A stretch of 64,000 nt of DNA from an uncultured Gemmatimonadales bacterium (GCA_963815325.1 CAWFGG010000001.1:304130-368129); one strand, 5' to 3'. Shown: positions 8,788 to 18,463, counted from the stretch's first letter. The notes: generated from the sequence alone by a model not told the origin. A program made the numbers and translations.

Positions 8788-9236
8788 ACACATCAGCTAC
8801 CCGAGGCCGGGGCTCGCGCCGCCGTTCTTCTCCCACCCGCCGCCGCTTGGCTGATGCGCCGATCGGTAGGGCTAGGTGAGGCCTCAGCTTCCATCCCCAG
8901 GCCGGATGGCCGTCCCACCTGGTTCGTTGATGCGAGCGCTGCGAGTCAGATCGGGTCGCGGACCGACCTTTCGCACTGCACCCCGAGGCGCCACATCGGG
9001 GTGGATGAAGCGCGCGACTGGCTTCATCCGCCTCGGTCGAGGTGATCACCGGAATCAAACGGTCACCTGAGCCCTTGGTGCTTGGTAACCTCTTCCGATA
9101 ACTCGCCGAAGCTCACTCGCTGGTCGTACCCAGAATTCAGGGATCCCAAGCCGGTCCCAACGAGTGACGACCTAAAGATAGGGCCCAGGCGAAATGGCGC
9201 AAGTGCCTGTCTTTCTTCGGGTTACGCGATTCGGAC

Positions 9237-9329
9237 TGTGGATAGATGTGGAGCATTAAGCCCTGATATCGGTATCAGGTAGAGGGCCTCTCCACAGGGT
9301 GTGGAGATGTTGATTACTGCTTCTCCACA
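9237..9329. repeat. Cluster of TGTGGAG/CTCCACA inverted repeats forming two adjacent hairpins
   Basis: TGTGGAt at 9237-9243, TGTGGAG at 9247-9253, CTCCACA at 9290-9296, TGTGGAG at 9300-9306, CTCCACA at 9323-9329. An inner hairpin CCTGATA-tcgg-TATCAGG lies at 9262-9279. The cluster sits in a lower-GC intergenic stretch between convergent genes. Confidence 0.8.
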
Positions 9330-9377
9330 CTTGGCTGAGGAATGGTTGCTAGGAGTACCGCGGTTGAGGATTGGTCC

Positions 9378-9986
9378 TCAGGACTCGAGGCCGACCTCGA
9401 TGTACCGGAACGACGAGTCCAGTTCGGTCGGAAGGAACAAGCACCCTGCTGAGCCGGCGGCGAACCATCCGCCGAGCAGCGCCCGGGGAACATCGAGTTC
9501 CTGGATCACCGGACCCAACCAGCGGCGCAGGTGCCGTACCTCGGGGGCCCGCCGCGCCAGGACCGACAGCAGGGCGCCACCGCCGGGTGTCGCACGGAGA
9601 AAATGCGCCAGCGCATGGGCGCGCTGTCTGAATTCCACGGCCTTGACGCCCGGTTCGTCGAACAACACGGCTCCCTCCAGCAGAGCGGTGGGCGGGGCGT
9701 CGAGCCGCGGGCCGAGATACACGTATTGGCGCGACTTCTTGATTTTACGCTCTACCACCGCCGCACCGGTCTCGCTGGTGAGCCGCGCCGCATGCAGCAG
9801 ATCGTCGTCGTGCAGGATGCCGACTGCCGCCGTCCATTCGAGGGCCGAGAGGGCGGATTCGATGGGACAGCCTCCGTCGTCTGTGGCGACCAGCCTCGGC
9901 GCTTCCCCGGCACGAAGCATGAAGTGCGCGAGGCCTTCGGCCCGGTCCATGAACGTCCGGACGACGAGAATTTGTGGCAGAGTCAT
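9378..9986 (-). CDS. Hypothetical protein
   Basis: The 202-aa ORF has balanced composition (MTLPQILVVRTFMDRAEGLAHFMLRAGEAPRLVATDDGG...). The overlapping + strand ORF 9301..9999 is Ser/Arg/Ala-rich and looks like a shadow frame. No family recognised. Confidence 0.5.
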   Translation of the reverse strand: MTLPQILVVRTFMDRAEGLAHFMLRAGEAPRLVATDDGGCPIESALSALEWTAAVGILHDDDLLHAARLTSETGAAVVERKIKKSRQYVYLGPRLDAPPTALLEGAVLFDEPGVKAVEFRQRAHALAHFLRATPGGGALLSVLARRAPEVRHLRRWLGPVIQELDVPRALLGGWFAAGSAGCLFLPTELDSSFRYIEVGLES

Positions 9987-10077
9987 CCCTGAAACCTAAG
10001 GCCGCGGCACCGTAAATTCTACGTGCGCCACCGACCGTGCGGCGCGAGCCGCTCACCACAGGCATCTGCCCCGGACG

Positions 10078-12060
10078 TCAGGGCACCGCCTCCGGCCGGG
10101 GTTCCACCCGGACGATCCAGAGCCCCGAGTTCATGTCCGGCACGTAGATCCGGCCATCCCGGTAGATCGCCCCCCAGGCCATGGGGGAGTTGGGCATCGT
10201 CGCGTTGGGGTCGCCGGTGTAGACGTGCGCGACTTGTCGTCCCTGCCGGAGTAGATCGCCTTTCAGTTCGCCCGAAATGTCGAGCACGCGGAGCCCACCC
10301 TGGTAGTCGCCGAGATACAGTGTGTCGCCGGCCACCCAGATGTTGTGCGCGCCTCCGTCTCTGGGCTCGTAGTACGCCACCTCCCGCGGGTTGAACAGGT
10401 CCGACACGTCGACGACATGCAACCCGCCGTACGGACGGCCCAATCCCAAAACGGTCGGGCCCGTGAGCGGCGATGGTGTCGCGGCGAACACCTCGTCGCC
10501 GACGAAGACATACCGGCCATGCCGCCAGGCGGTATGGGTGCCCCGAATGAAGCCCGGCCCGCCCACGGCCTCGACATCGCGATACAGCCGATCGAGGTCA
10601 TACTTGAACTGCGATACCAGCTGCGGGTTCTCTGGGGTTCCGCCCCGGACGCCGTTGCCCACATCCAGGATCACGAGGCCGTCATTCCAGTAGCTCAGAT
10701 AGGCCAAACCGTCCTGCACATCGATATCATGCAACATTCGTCCTGCGGGTGCGCGGGGCACTTCCCAGCGTGCGACCTGCCGCGGACTGTAAGGGTTCCG
10801 AATGTCTATCACACGCATCGAGCCGGTCGCGTCGTCTGTCAGGTACACATGGCCGCGATAGACGAAGGCGCTGTGGACACCTCCCGTGACCGTCTCGGTG
10901 AATTCGGCGATTGCCTTGGGGTGGGCCGGATCCTCGAAGGAGAGAATCACGATGCCGTTCTGTCTCGTCGAGGCCCCTTCACGGGTCATGACGCCGAACT
11001 TGCCGTCTTCGGTAGTCATGACGTCGTTGATGTGCCGTGCGTCAACCACCACCGAGTCCGTGATGAGTGGAGCGCCCGGATTGGACAGGTCGATGGCGTA
11101 GAGTCGGTCCCCAACCGTGGTCAGATAACCATATTGCCCGTTGGGGTGAAGCCAGAATTCAGCGGCGGTCCCCGCGACGGGTTGCCGACCCACGAGCGCA
11201 GCCGACCGGACCACGTTCCGCGCCGACGCTTCGACTCTCGCCTCCGCGGTGCGTCCGGCAAATGTCGCGACGATGCGATAAGATCCCGGCGCTTCAGCCA
11301 CAAACATCCCATCGGGATCGACCAGTGCGTGCCCCGGGCCCACCGCCCACTCGGGGCTGGCGTCTGCCAGTAGATTGCCGGCTGCGTCGCGTGCCCGAAA
11401 CGTGAACGCCACGACATCGCCGGTACGGACGGTCGCACTGGGGGGGTCCAATTCGATCGACGCCACGGGATTGGCGTTGACCCGGAGCGGCATCCGCTCA
11501 ACCACGGTTCCCACCCGCGCAGAGATGGTTGCCCGGCCGGGCCTGAGCGCGACGAGCCTCCCGGCGGATGTTACCGCCACCACTCCTGGAGCATCGGATT
11601 CCCAGAGCACCTCGTCATACCGGCGATCGCCATCGGCCGAATATGGGATGGCACGGACCTGTACTGATTGCCCGACATAGAGCATCGCGAGGGCGGGCTC
11701 GAGTGCGATCCGGGATGCCGGCCGGGGCACGATCCGCACGTCAGCGAAGCCTGTCGCTGGCGCCCCACCTCCACGACGGCTTACCAAGGCCGAGATGCGG
11801 AGAGTTCCGGTTGACCCGCCCGCCACCAGGCCAGTCGAATCCACGGACCCCTCGAATTGGCCGCCGGACTGAAACCAGCGGACGCGGATATCACGAAGCC
11901 TGGCTCCGGAGGAATCGTACGCCGCGACAGTGAGTCGAATGGTGTCGCCCACTACAATGGCAATGTCACGGGGCTCGACGTCGACCCGGGCCACAGACTG
12001 GGACGTGGGAGAGGGTGCCACCTGCTGAAGCGCGACGAGAAGAAGAGCTGCGGAAACCAT
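10078..12060 (-). CDS. Secreted protein with N-terminal Ig-like (Big_2-type) domains and a C-terminal LVIVD-repeat beta-propeller
   Basis: Signal-like MVSAALLLVALQQVAP. Ig-like segments follow (ARVDVEPRDIAIVVGDTIRLTVAAYDSSG; IALEPALAMLYVGQSVQVRAIPY; IELDPPSATVRTGDVVAFTFRA). LVIVD-type repeats recur (LYAIDLSNP, MRVIDIRNP, GLVILDVGN, GLHVVDVSD, GLRVLDISG). Start taken at the Met at 12060; the ORF extends to 12102. Confidence 0.8.
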   Translation of the reverse strand: MVSAALLLVALQQVAPSPTSQSVARVDVEPRDIAIVVGDTIRLTVAAYDSSGARLRDIRVRWFQSGGQFEGSVDSTGLVAGGSTGTLRISALVSRRGGGAPATGFADVRIVPRPASRIALEPALAMLYVGQSVQVRAIPYSADGDRRYDEVLWESDAPGVVAVTSAGRLVALRPGRATISARVGTVVERMPLRVNANPVASIELDPPSATVRTGDVVAFTFRARDAAGNLLADASPEWAVGPGHALVDPDGMFVAEAPGSYRIVATFAGRTAEARVEASARNVVRSAALVGRQPVAGTAAEFWLHPNGQYGYLTTVGDRLYAIDLSNPGAPLITDSVVVDARHINDVMTTEDGKFGVMTREGASTRQNGIVILSFEDPAHPKAIAEFTETVTGGVHSAFVYRGHVYLTDDATGSMRVIDIRNPYSPRQVARWEVPRAPAGRMLHDIDVQDGLAYLSYWNDGLVILDVGNGVRGGTPENPQLVSQFKYDLDRLYRDVEAVGGPGFIRGTHTAWRHGRYVFVGDEVFAATPSPLTGPTVLGLGRPYGGLHVVDVSDLFNPREVAYYEPRDGGAHNIWVAGDTLYLGDYQGGLRVLDISGELKGDLLRQGRQVAHVYTGDPNATMPNSPMAWGAIYRDGRIYVPDMNSGLWIVRVEPRPEAVP

Positions 12061-12400
12061 GCAAACCTCGAAATCGGAACAGAGAGGGCCGGAGCGGCAC
12101 AATTGGCCGAACGGGCTAATCTATGCCCACCTTCCGCATCCTGCGACTGTCTGGTACCTCACCCTCGAATCGAACCGGTGAGCACCGTATACATGCCTGA
12201 CGGTTCGAGGTGTGCGACGGAGTTATCGCTCCACGCTCACCGCAGGCAGCGCCGCTCGCTGGGAGGATCGGACTGCTACCCTCACGCAAGAAGAGGGAGG
12301 TGTCGAGGACGCCATCTCAAGGCAGGTCATGGTCATTGAGCTGGCCGCGAGCAGCGGGGCACGCCCACCTCGGGGCACGCCACGGAGATCCAGAAACAGC

Positions 12401-14080
12401 TTACTCACCACCCCCCGTCTGCGATACGACGGCATACCGTTCCGCCCACGGCCGGCCGTTGGCATCGCGAACAGCGGCCAGCGCCGGGCTCGGGGTCGTG
12501 AGTTCTAACTCCAGGCCTGGCGGCAGTTTCTCCAAGGTGAGCGCATCCGGAAACGGGCTGCCGCCCCACATCCGGTAGATCAGATCGCCGCGCCGGACCT
12601 CCAGGCGCTCGACTTCTTCCCACTGCGGCGTCTGGCGCGAAATGGTCATGATGCGCATGCCGTCCAACTCGAGCCATGTCTCCGTCTCGAAGTACATTCC
12701 CGGGGCCCGCGAGATGTATGTGGCCTGCTCCAATTGCGCGTAATAGTGGAACCCGTGGGCGAATCCCCCATCGAGCAAGACGACGGCGGTCCGACCTTCG
12801 CGTGCAATACTGCGCAGGTCCGCAAAGAAGGCAGGAAAGCCCTCCCCGTCGAAGTTCCCCTCCCCAAATCCACCGACCCCGAGGTTGCCAAGGAGCTTGC
12901 CGCTGGGGTTGTACGTCCAGTACACGAGTGCCCCGGTCGGCATGAACCCGTCATGGGTTCGGAACGAAGGTCCGACGAACGGATTGATGAGGTTGTTGGG
13001 TATGAAGTGCCCCAACCCGACGAACAGGTGGACGTTGACCAGCAGGAGCACTGTTGCCCAGGCCAGCGAGGGCCGAAGGATGCGAGTGGTGACCTGTACG
13101 AGATCCGTGACCCCCACGGCCGTACACAAAGCAATGGGCATGGCGATCAGCAAAAAGTATCGTGGCGTGGTGGTCGACCCGTAATAGAAGAGAACCGGCA
13201 CGGCACACCACGCCACGACGAACCCCCACACCCTTCTCCGCTCCGCCAACAAGTGGCGAAACCCAACGAACGCCACCAGGAGAGGAATAGGGGAAATCGC
13301 CCAGACGAGATACTCCCAGAACATTGTAGGATACCAACGATTGAAAATGTGGAGGGCGATTTCCGTCCCCATGCTGTCGGTACGGGGGTCGAAGGCGAGC
13401 GCGAGAACGTACGGGACCGCGACGGCCATCGAGGTAAGAGCGGCACGCGCGATGGCGGCGCCCCGTCGGTCGGGGTGGTTCACCCAGATCAGGTACGCGA
13501 CCACCGGCGCAACCAGAATCGCGTCCGCCCGAACGACGACCGCGAGCCCGAACAGGATGAGGCTCAGGGTCTCGGCTGCCACACGGGGGCGGTTGGACAG
13601 GATCGCCACGGCCACCGCGATCATCGCAGCCTGGAGCATCAGGGAGTTCCCGTACTGCGCGCTCGTCCAGACGATCGGGTTGACCGTGAGCACAGCGGCC
13701 ATCAGCCACCGTTCCTGCGATGTGAGGCTTCGGCGAAACGTGAACAGCGCCGCCAGTGGGATCACGGCGCCGCTCACGGCCGAGACGACCTTCATGATGA
13801 ACGGGATGAGCCCGACCCGAGCCCCCAACAACACATCCACCACCTCGATGAAGCGGTAGTAGCCGAGCTGCGGCGCATAACGGTATAGTCCCCCGCCTAT
13901 GCTGTCGCGTACTAATGCCGCCGTGCCCGCGGCGAGGGACAACTCGTCCTCTTCCCAGAAGTACTGGAAATAGGTGCCCAACAGACGAGCAGCGAGGAGG
14001 ACGACGAAGAACACGGCCCCCCCCGGAATCGTGGGCTCCTCTCGGAAGACCTTCAGGGATCCGAACACCTTCCTCAACAT
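12401..14080 (-). CDS. Polytopic membrane glycosyltransferase, GT-C fold (ArnT/PMT-like, family 39-like)
   Basis: The first ~400 aa are multi-TM, with an acidic first-loop motif (YFQYFWEEDELSLAAG). A C-terminal soluble domain of ~150 aa follows. It lies directly downstream of a GT2 gene with a 1-nt gap. Confidence 0.7.
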   Translation of the reverse strand: MLRKVFGSLKVFREEPTIPGGAVFFVVLLAARLLGTYFQYFWEEDELSLAAGTAALVRDSIGGGLYRYAPQLGYYRFIEVVDVLLGARVGLIPFIMKVVSAVSGAVIPLAALFTFRRSLTSQERWLMAAVLTVNPIVWTSAQYGNSLMLQAAMIAVAVAILSNRPRVAAETLSLILFGLAVVVRADAILVAPVVAYLIWVNHPDRRGAAIARAALTSMAVAVPYVLALAFDPRTDSMGTEIALHIFNRWYPTMFWEYLVWAISPIPLLVAFVGFRHLLAERRRVWGFVVAWCAVPVLFYYGSTTTPRYFLLIAMPIALCTAVGVTDLVQVTTRILRPSLAWATVLLLVNVHLFVGLGHFIPNNLINPFVGPSFRTHDGFMPTGALVYWTYNPSGKLLGNLGVGGFGEGNFDGEGFPAFFADLRSIAREGRTAVVLLDGGFAHGFHYYAQLEQATYISRAPGMYFETETWLELDGMRIMTISRQTPQWEEVERLEVRRGDLIYRMWGGSPFPDALTLEKLPPGLELELTTPSPALAAVRDANGRPWAERYAVVSQTGGGE

Positions 14081-14081
14081 C

Positions 14082-14822
14082 TCACATCATCCCGCGAAGC
14101 TGACGGACAAGCTCCACAGCCTTCGCGCCGAACTGCGTGAGACGAACGCTTGGTTCGCCACCGTACCGCTCACGGAACCTGATCGGGACCTTCCCGTGCG
14201 TGACCGACAGCCGTTTCAACAACACTGCCAGGCCGATATTGGTGAGATCGACCGGCGTCGCCTTCAGGCGGGTCACGGGGCCCTTGAGCACGGACGCGTG
14301 CATCAGCCGGTACGGCGTGTTCGCATCGATGCACCATACACGGGCCGTGACGAGCAGTACCATCCGAAGCAAGCGACTCGCCAACACGCGGCGCCACCCA
14401 TCGTCACGGGCCTTGCGCCAGCCGTAGATCACTTGATACCGATCACGCTCGCGCCACAGCCGGAAGAAGTACTGGGGATCGCATTGTCCATCTGAGTCGA
14501 TCTGGAACACGTAGCGAGCGCCCAGGTTGAGGGCACGCTCGTATCCGACGAGGCAGGTAAGCCCATGCCCACGGTTGGAATGCGTGTGGAGTCGAATGCG
14601 GTCGCCGAGTTGCTCCTGCAACCGTTCGACGATAGCGGGGCTCCGATCGGTCGAGCCATCGTTCATCACCAGAATGACAAAGTCTTCCGTCCAGTTCTCT
14701 ATCTCCAGGTACCACTCCCGAATCACCTTGCGTAACGATGGTTGTTCGTTATACACGGGAATGACCACCACCAATTCGGGCGACATGTTTCCACCTGCCG
14801 TTGTGTCGTCAGCTCCCGTCAT
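14082..14822 (-). CDS. Family 2 glycosyltransferase, polyprenyl-phosphate glycosyltransferase-like (ArnC/GtrB/DPM1-like)
   Basis: VVVIPVYNEQPSLRKVI...VMNDGSTDRS...QIDSDGQ are GT2 (GT-A) DXD-type signatures at the size typical of ArnC/DPM1-like enzymes. The start abuts the glf stop; an alternative start is 14786. Confidence 0.8.
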   Translation of the reverse strand: MTGADDTTAGGNMSPELVVVIPVYNEQPSLRKVIREWYLEIENWTEDFVILVMNDGSTDRSPAIVERLQEQLGDRIRLHTHSNRGHGLTCLVGYERALNLGARYVFQIDSDGQCDPQYFFRLWRERDRYQVIYGWRKARDDGWRRVLASRLLRMVLLVTARVWCIDANTPYRLMHASVLKGPVTRLKATPVDLTNIGLAVLLKRLSVTHGKVPIRFRERYGGEPSVRLTQFGAKAVELVRQLRGMM

Positions 14823-15988
14823 CGGGCGCTCGGCTTCACGCGCGCGTTCAATCTGTCGAACTCCTTCAGTGCCATCGCGACCACCTGGTCCATATTGTAA
14901 TACCGATAGGCTGCGAGTCTGCCGATAAAACTCACGTTCGTCTCACGCTCTGCGAGCCGGGCATACTTGGCATACGTGGCTGCCGATGCTCCCGTCGGAA
15001 CGGGATAGTACGGCTCTTGGGTCTCGTCCATCGATGCCGGAAACTCGCGGACGATCGTGGATGCCGGGGTTGCCTGCCCCGTTGCGTGCTTGATCTCGAC
15101 GATGCGAGTGAAGGCATGATCGTTGGGGTAATTCACCTGCATCTCAGGCTGCCAGAACCCGGGCTTGCCGGATACCGGTGTCCGCGCCTCGAGCGCGGGC
15201 GCCTCGAAACTCTCGAACTCGAACCGCAGGGATCGATACGGCAGTCGTCCGAACGTGTAGTCGAAGAACGCGTCGACGGGACCGGTGTAGATCATGTGAT
15301 CGAACCGGACATGGGGCATCACATCACGATAGTCGGTGTCGAGACGGATCGTGAGCGGTTGGGCCTGCGCAACCATGTTGTCGAATAGGCGAGAGTATCC
15401 GTCGCGTGGCAAAGCCTGGAATCTCTCTTCCAGGTAGGCGTCGTTCCGTGCCGTGCGGATGGGAATTCTTGCGCAAACGGAAGGCGCCAAATCCCTCGGG
15501 TGCATCTTCCAATGCTTTTGCGTATACCCGAGAAAGAACATCTCGTAAAGTTCCCACCCCACCTGCGATACCACCACCTCTTCGGAATTCCGCGGGTTTT
15601 CAATGGGTACGCGCTTCTCCGCCAAATACGCTGCGAACTCCTCCTCGCTCGACGGCCGGCCGATCAACTGCTCGAAAGTCGTCAGGTTAATCGGGAAACT
15701 CCAGAACCGACCGCCCGTGAAACTTTGCACCTTGTACGTGACGTGATGCCATTCGGTGAACTGCGACAAATACTCGACGACGCGCGGTGCGTTGGTGCGA
15801 AAATAGTGTGGCCCGTACGTGTGGACCAACACGCCGGCATCGTCGAAGTAGTCGTGCGCATTGCCTCCGATGTGCGGTCGCCGCTCCACCACCAGGCACC
15901 GCATGCCAAGCTGGGACGAGAGGCGCTCGGCCAGGACGAGCCCTGCGAATCCCGCGCCGACGATGAGGAAGTCGTACCGGTCGGGCAT
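14819..15988 (-). CDS. glf: UDP-galactopyranose mutase
   Basis: MPDRYDFLIVGAGFAGLVLAERL...VVERRPHIGGNAHDYFDDAGVLVHTYGPHYFRTN...RLAAYRYYNMDQVV matches Glf. The 153 codons upstream in ORF 14819..16447 are Arg/Cys/Pro-rich and were rejected as coding. Confidence 0.9.
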   Translation of the reverse strand: MPDRYDFLIVGAGFAGLVLAERLSSQLGMRCLVVERRPHIGGNAHDYFDDAGVLVHTYGPHYFRTNAPRVVEYLSQFTEWHHVTYKVQSFTGGRFWSFPINLTTFEQLIGRPSSEEEFAAYLAEKRVPIENPRNSEEVVVSQVGWELYEMFFLGYTQKHWKMHPRDLAPSVCARIPIRTARNDAYLEERFQALPRDGYSRLFDNMVAQAQPLTIRLDTDYRDVMPHVRFDHMIYTGPVDAFFDYTFGRLPYRSLRFEFESFEAPALEARTPVSGKPGFWQPEMQVNYPNDHAFTRIVEIKHATGQATPASTIVREFPASMDETQEPYYPVPTGASAATYAKYARLAERETNVSFIGRLAAYRYYNMDQVVAMALKEFDRLNARVKPSAR

Positions 15989-16516
15989 TGCGCGATTCAG
16001 TCCCCTCTTGTGATCACGCGATTGATCTCGCGACGGTGAACACCTCCGCCCCCGAACCGGCTGCCCACCAGGCCAGACCTGGCGGACAGATCCGCCCGAG
16101 CCAAGAACGAACGCTTGGGCAAGAACGAGGCCACGGCGGTCGCATCGCGGGTTGAGTCCCGTGAGGATCCTTGCCAGGCGCCGGGACACTGGACACCGAA
16201 CCCCGCTCGAGAGTCGCAAGGTAATCGCGCCCCGCGTCGCGATCGCAATGAGACCGACATTCTCCCCAGGCCTCACCGCCAAGAGCCTCCAACAAGCCCG
16301 GCAGCGCCACGCTGACGGGGGAGAGCGAGCGCACCGTCCGCAGTGCCAGCGGCAGCGCAGCTTTGGCAGGGTACGGGGGTTGGCAGGGGCGCACGAGCTG
16401 GCTCGTGGAGCGAAGTGAAGGATGGAGCCGCAGCCGGATCCGGCCAATCGATGCGCACCTTCCGTATCCTGCGACCGCCTCGTACCTTACCCATGAACCG
16501 AGCCAGCGAGCGCCGC

Positions 16517-17038
16517 ATGCGGGTTGAGTGGAATTCGTATCTTTCGCCAGTGGGGACGTTGACCCTCGTCGAGGGCGCGGACGGTCCACTGGTCGTCGAG
16601 TTCCCAACCAAACGCACGAGTGTGAATTGGGCCGACCGGTTACGCAAACGTAATCGCGATGTGACCATCGACACCGGGCCGTGCCAGCGCTTGACCAACT
16701 GGCTTGCGGGGTACTTTCGCGGTGGGCCACGGCCGTTCCCGTTCCCGGAGTACCTGGGCGACTATTTCGTGCTCGAACCATCCCAACTCGCGGTGTGGCG
16801 TCATCTCTGCACCATTCCCTTCGGGAAGACCTGCAGCTACGACGACCTGGCACGGGCCACAGGCATTCCGCCCAGGGCCGTCGGACAAATCCTCGGATCG
16901 AACCCGTTGGCGCTACTCATCCCTTGCCACCGCGTCGTCGGAAAGCAAGGTGGCTTGGTGGGTTACGGTGGGGGGCTCACCCGAAAGCGCTGGCTGCTCA
17001 ACCACGAGTTGCGGGCGGTCGGGGTGGTCCTCAGCTGA
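16517..17038 (+). CDS. ogt: Methylated-DNA--protein-cysteine methyltransferase
   Basis: C-terminal IPFGKTCSYDDLARATGIPPRAVGQILGSNPLALLIPCHRVVGKQGGLVGYGGGLTRKRWLLNHE contains the PCHRV active site. The start was chosen at MRVEWNSYLSPVG by analogy with Ogt N-termini; alternatives are 16493 and 16451. Confidence 0.85.
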   Translation: MRVEWNSYLSPVGTLTLVEGADGPLVVEFPTKRTSVNWADRLRKRNRDVTIDTGPCQRLTNWLAGYFRGGPRPFPFPEYLGDYFVLEPSQLAVWRHLCTIPFGKTCSYDDLARATGIPPRAVGQILGSNPLALLIPCHRVVGKQGGLVGYGGGLTRKRWLLNHELRAVGVVLS

Positions 17039-17272
17039 TCCTCGGAGGCCGGCCCGGCCCACCCACCGCCTGGCATCCTGCATTAACCGTGAAGTCGAGC
17101 CCCCACCGATCGATCCCAAAGTGGCCGATGCCGCCTCCAAGGTGGCCATCACGGACCGAGGGCCCATGGTCCGGACATTGCAGCGAGCATGGGCGAGCCC
17201 AGTGTGGCCGGACCGGTGGCCGGGCGCGCCGGGCGCTCGATTGACGGGGTTGTCCGCTAAGAGGAAAGGCCA

Positions 17273-17806
17273 ATGATCCGACGTTTGGGAGTTCTCATCG
17301 CGTGCATGGCGACTGCGTCCGTTGGGGCCGCCTCGGCTCAGGACGAGCTGCCGGCCGACGGGGCACACCTCAGCTTTTTCGGGTTCGAAGCCGGTGCGCA
17401 TCTGACCGACCTGGATGATCAGGTCAGGGAGTTGGGCGGCTCGGGTCTGCGATGCACCCGCTCGCGCGCCGATCGTCGGCTACTCGATTGCCGTGGAACC
17501 GCACCCGATCCTGCCGCGGGCCGACAGATAGAGATCTGGATCTCGGCCATCGACAGTCTGGGCGGGGTTGTCACCATCTCGGGGGATGTGAGCGCGGCAC
17601 AGCTCGACGACTGGCGACGGCTCATCGAGCAAGACTACGGCAAGGTTGGGGCTCGCGTTCAGGGACCCCAGTGGATGATGCAGTGGGTGCGGCGGCGGCA
17701 GATGATCCGTCTTACTTGGCGGGTCGAAAACAATCAAAAGGTTGCTTCGGTCAGTCTGGTCGACGGCCCGGTCCTCGATGGCTGGGGTCGATCCTCGGCT
17801 CGGTGA
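17273..17806 (+). CDS. Secreted hypothetical protein
   Basis: Signal peptide MIRRLGVLIACMATASVGAASAQD, then a 150-aa domain with no recognised family. Confidence 0.55.
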   Translation: MIRRLGVLIACMATASVGAASAQDELPADGAHLSFFGFEAGAHLTDLDDQVRELGGSGLRCTRSRADRRLLDCRGTAPDPAAGRQIEIWISAIDSLGGVVTISGDVSAAQLDDWRRLIEQDYGKVGARVQGPQWMMQWVRRRQMIRLTWRVENNQKVASVSLVDGPVLDGWGRSSAR

Positions 17807-17927
17807 CCAGCGGGCGGACGACTACCAACTCTCCTCGAGCCGTTAGCTCGTCGCTCAGCGGGGCATGGCGGTGGAGGCGGGCGGGGTGGCGTGCCCGCTG
17901 CCCAGAACGCGCAGGATAGCGGCCGAG

Positions 17928-18326
17928 CTACTTCTTCCGTACGGCCTTTCGCGGCTTGCTCTTCACGGGCTTGCGCGCGGAAGGCTTCTTCGCGCCGGAC
18001 TTCTTCGGCGCTGCTTTCTTGGCCTTCTTTCGAGCCGTCGACTTGGCCTTGGAGCGCTTGGCCCGCACGGCGGCACGGCTCGCACGCTTCTGGTTCGCCA
18101 CGTCGACTTCTTGGAGTACTCGGACACATTCGTCCTCGGCCAAGAGGCCGCGGCGGCTCGCGTACTGGAGCAGCTCCTGGGCGTCAGCTAGCTCGAATTC
18201 CTCGATGCGGGCGGCAGATCGGATTATACCGACCAACGCGTCGGCCACCGGACTGCGCAACACATTCGCGATCCCCGGCAAGCTTTCCAACAGGGTGGAC
18301 ATCTGGGCGCCACCAAGCTCTGACAC
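17928..18326 (-). CDS. Hypothetical protein with a histone H1-like Lys/Ala-rich C-terminal tail
   Basis: An ~80-aa acidic/helical N-terminal part (STLLESLPGIANVLRSPVADALVGIIRSAARIEEFELADAQELLQYASRRGLL) is followed by KRASRAAVRAKRSKAKSTARKKAKKAAPKKSGAKKPSARKPVKSKPRKAVRKK. Confidence 0.6.
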   Translation of the reverse strand: MSELGGAQMSTLLESLPGIANVLRSPVADALVGIIRSAARIEEFELADAQELLQYASRRGLLAEDECVRVLQEVDVANQKRASRAAVRAKRSKAKSTARKKAKKAAPKKSGAKKPSARKPVKSKPRKAVRKK

Positions 18327-18463
18327 AACCCCTCCTTCCGATCACTGCCGACCAGCCGGCCACCGCCTCACGGCGTATTGCCAAAGAGGCGGCAAGCTAG
18401 CGTTGCGACTGCCACATCAAAAGGAGTTGTTGGAACAACCACCAAACATATACCGAAGATGAT

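Noticed and set aside
9082-9282. A 66-codon + strand ORF (TTG start) in the low-GC intergenic region
   Set aside because: It has no Shine-Dalgarno sequence, uses a rare start codon and shows no recognisable fold or motif. The region is better described by its inverted repeats.
15989-16853. A 153-codon N-terminal extension of glf (ORF to 16447) and the overlapping ORFs 16014..16853 and 16273..16698 in the ~500-nt glf/ogt divergent region
   Set aside because: The translations are Arg/Cys/Pro/Ser-rich with no family resemblance. Glf homology begins exactly at MPDRYDFLIVGAG (15988). I treated these as GC-driven open frames and found no supported feature in this gap.
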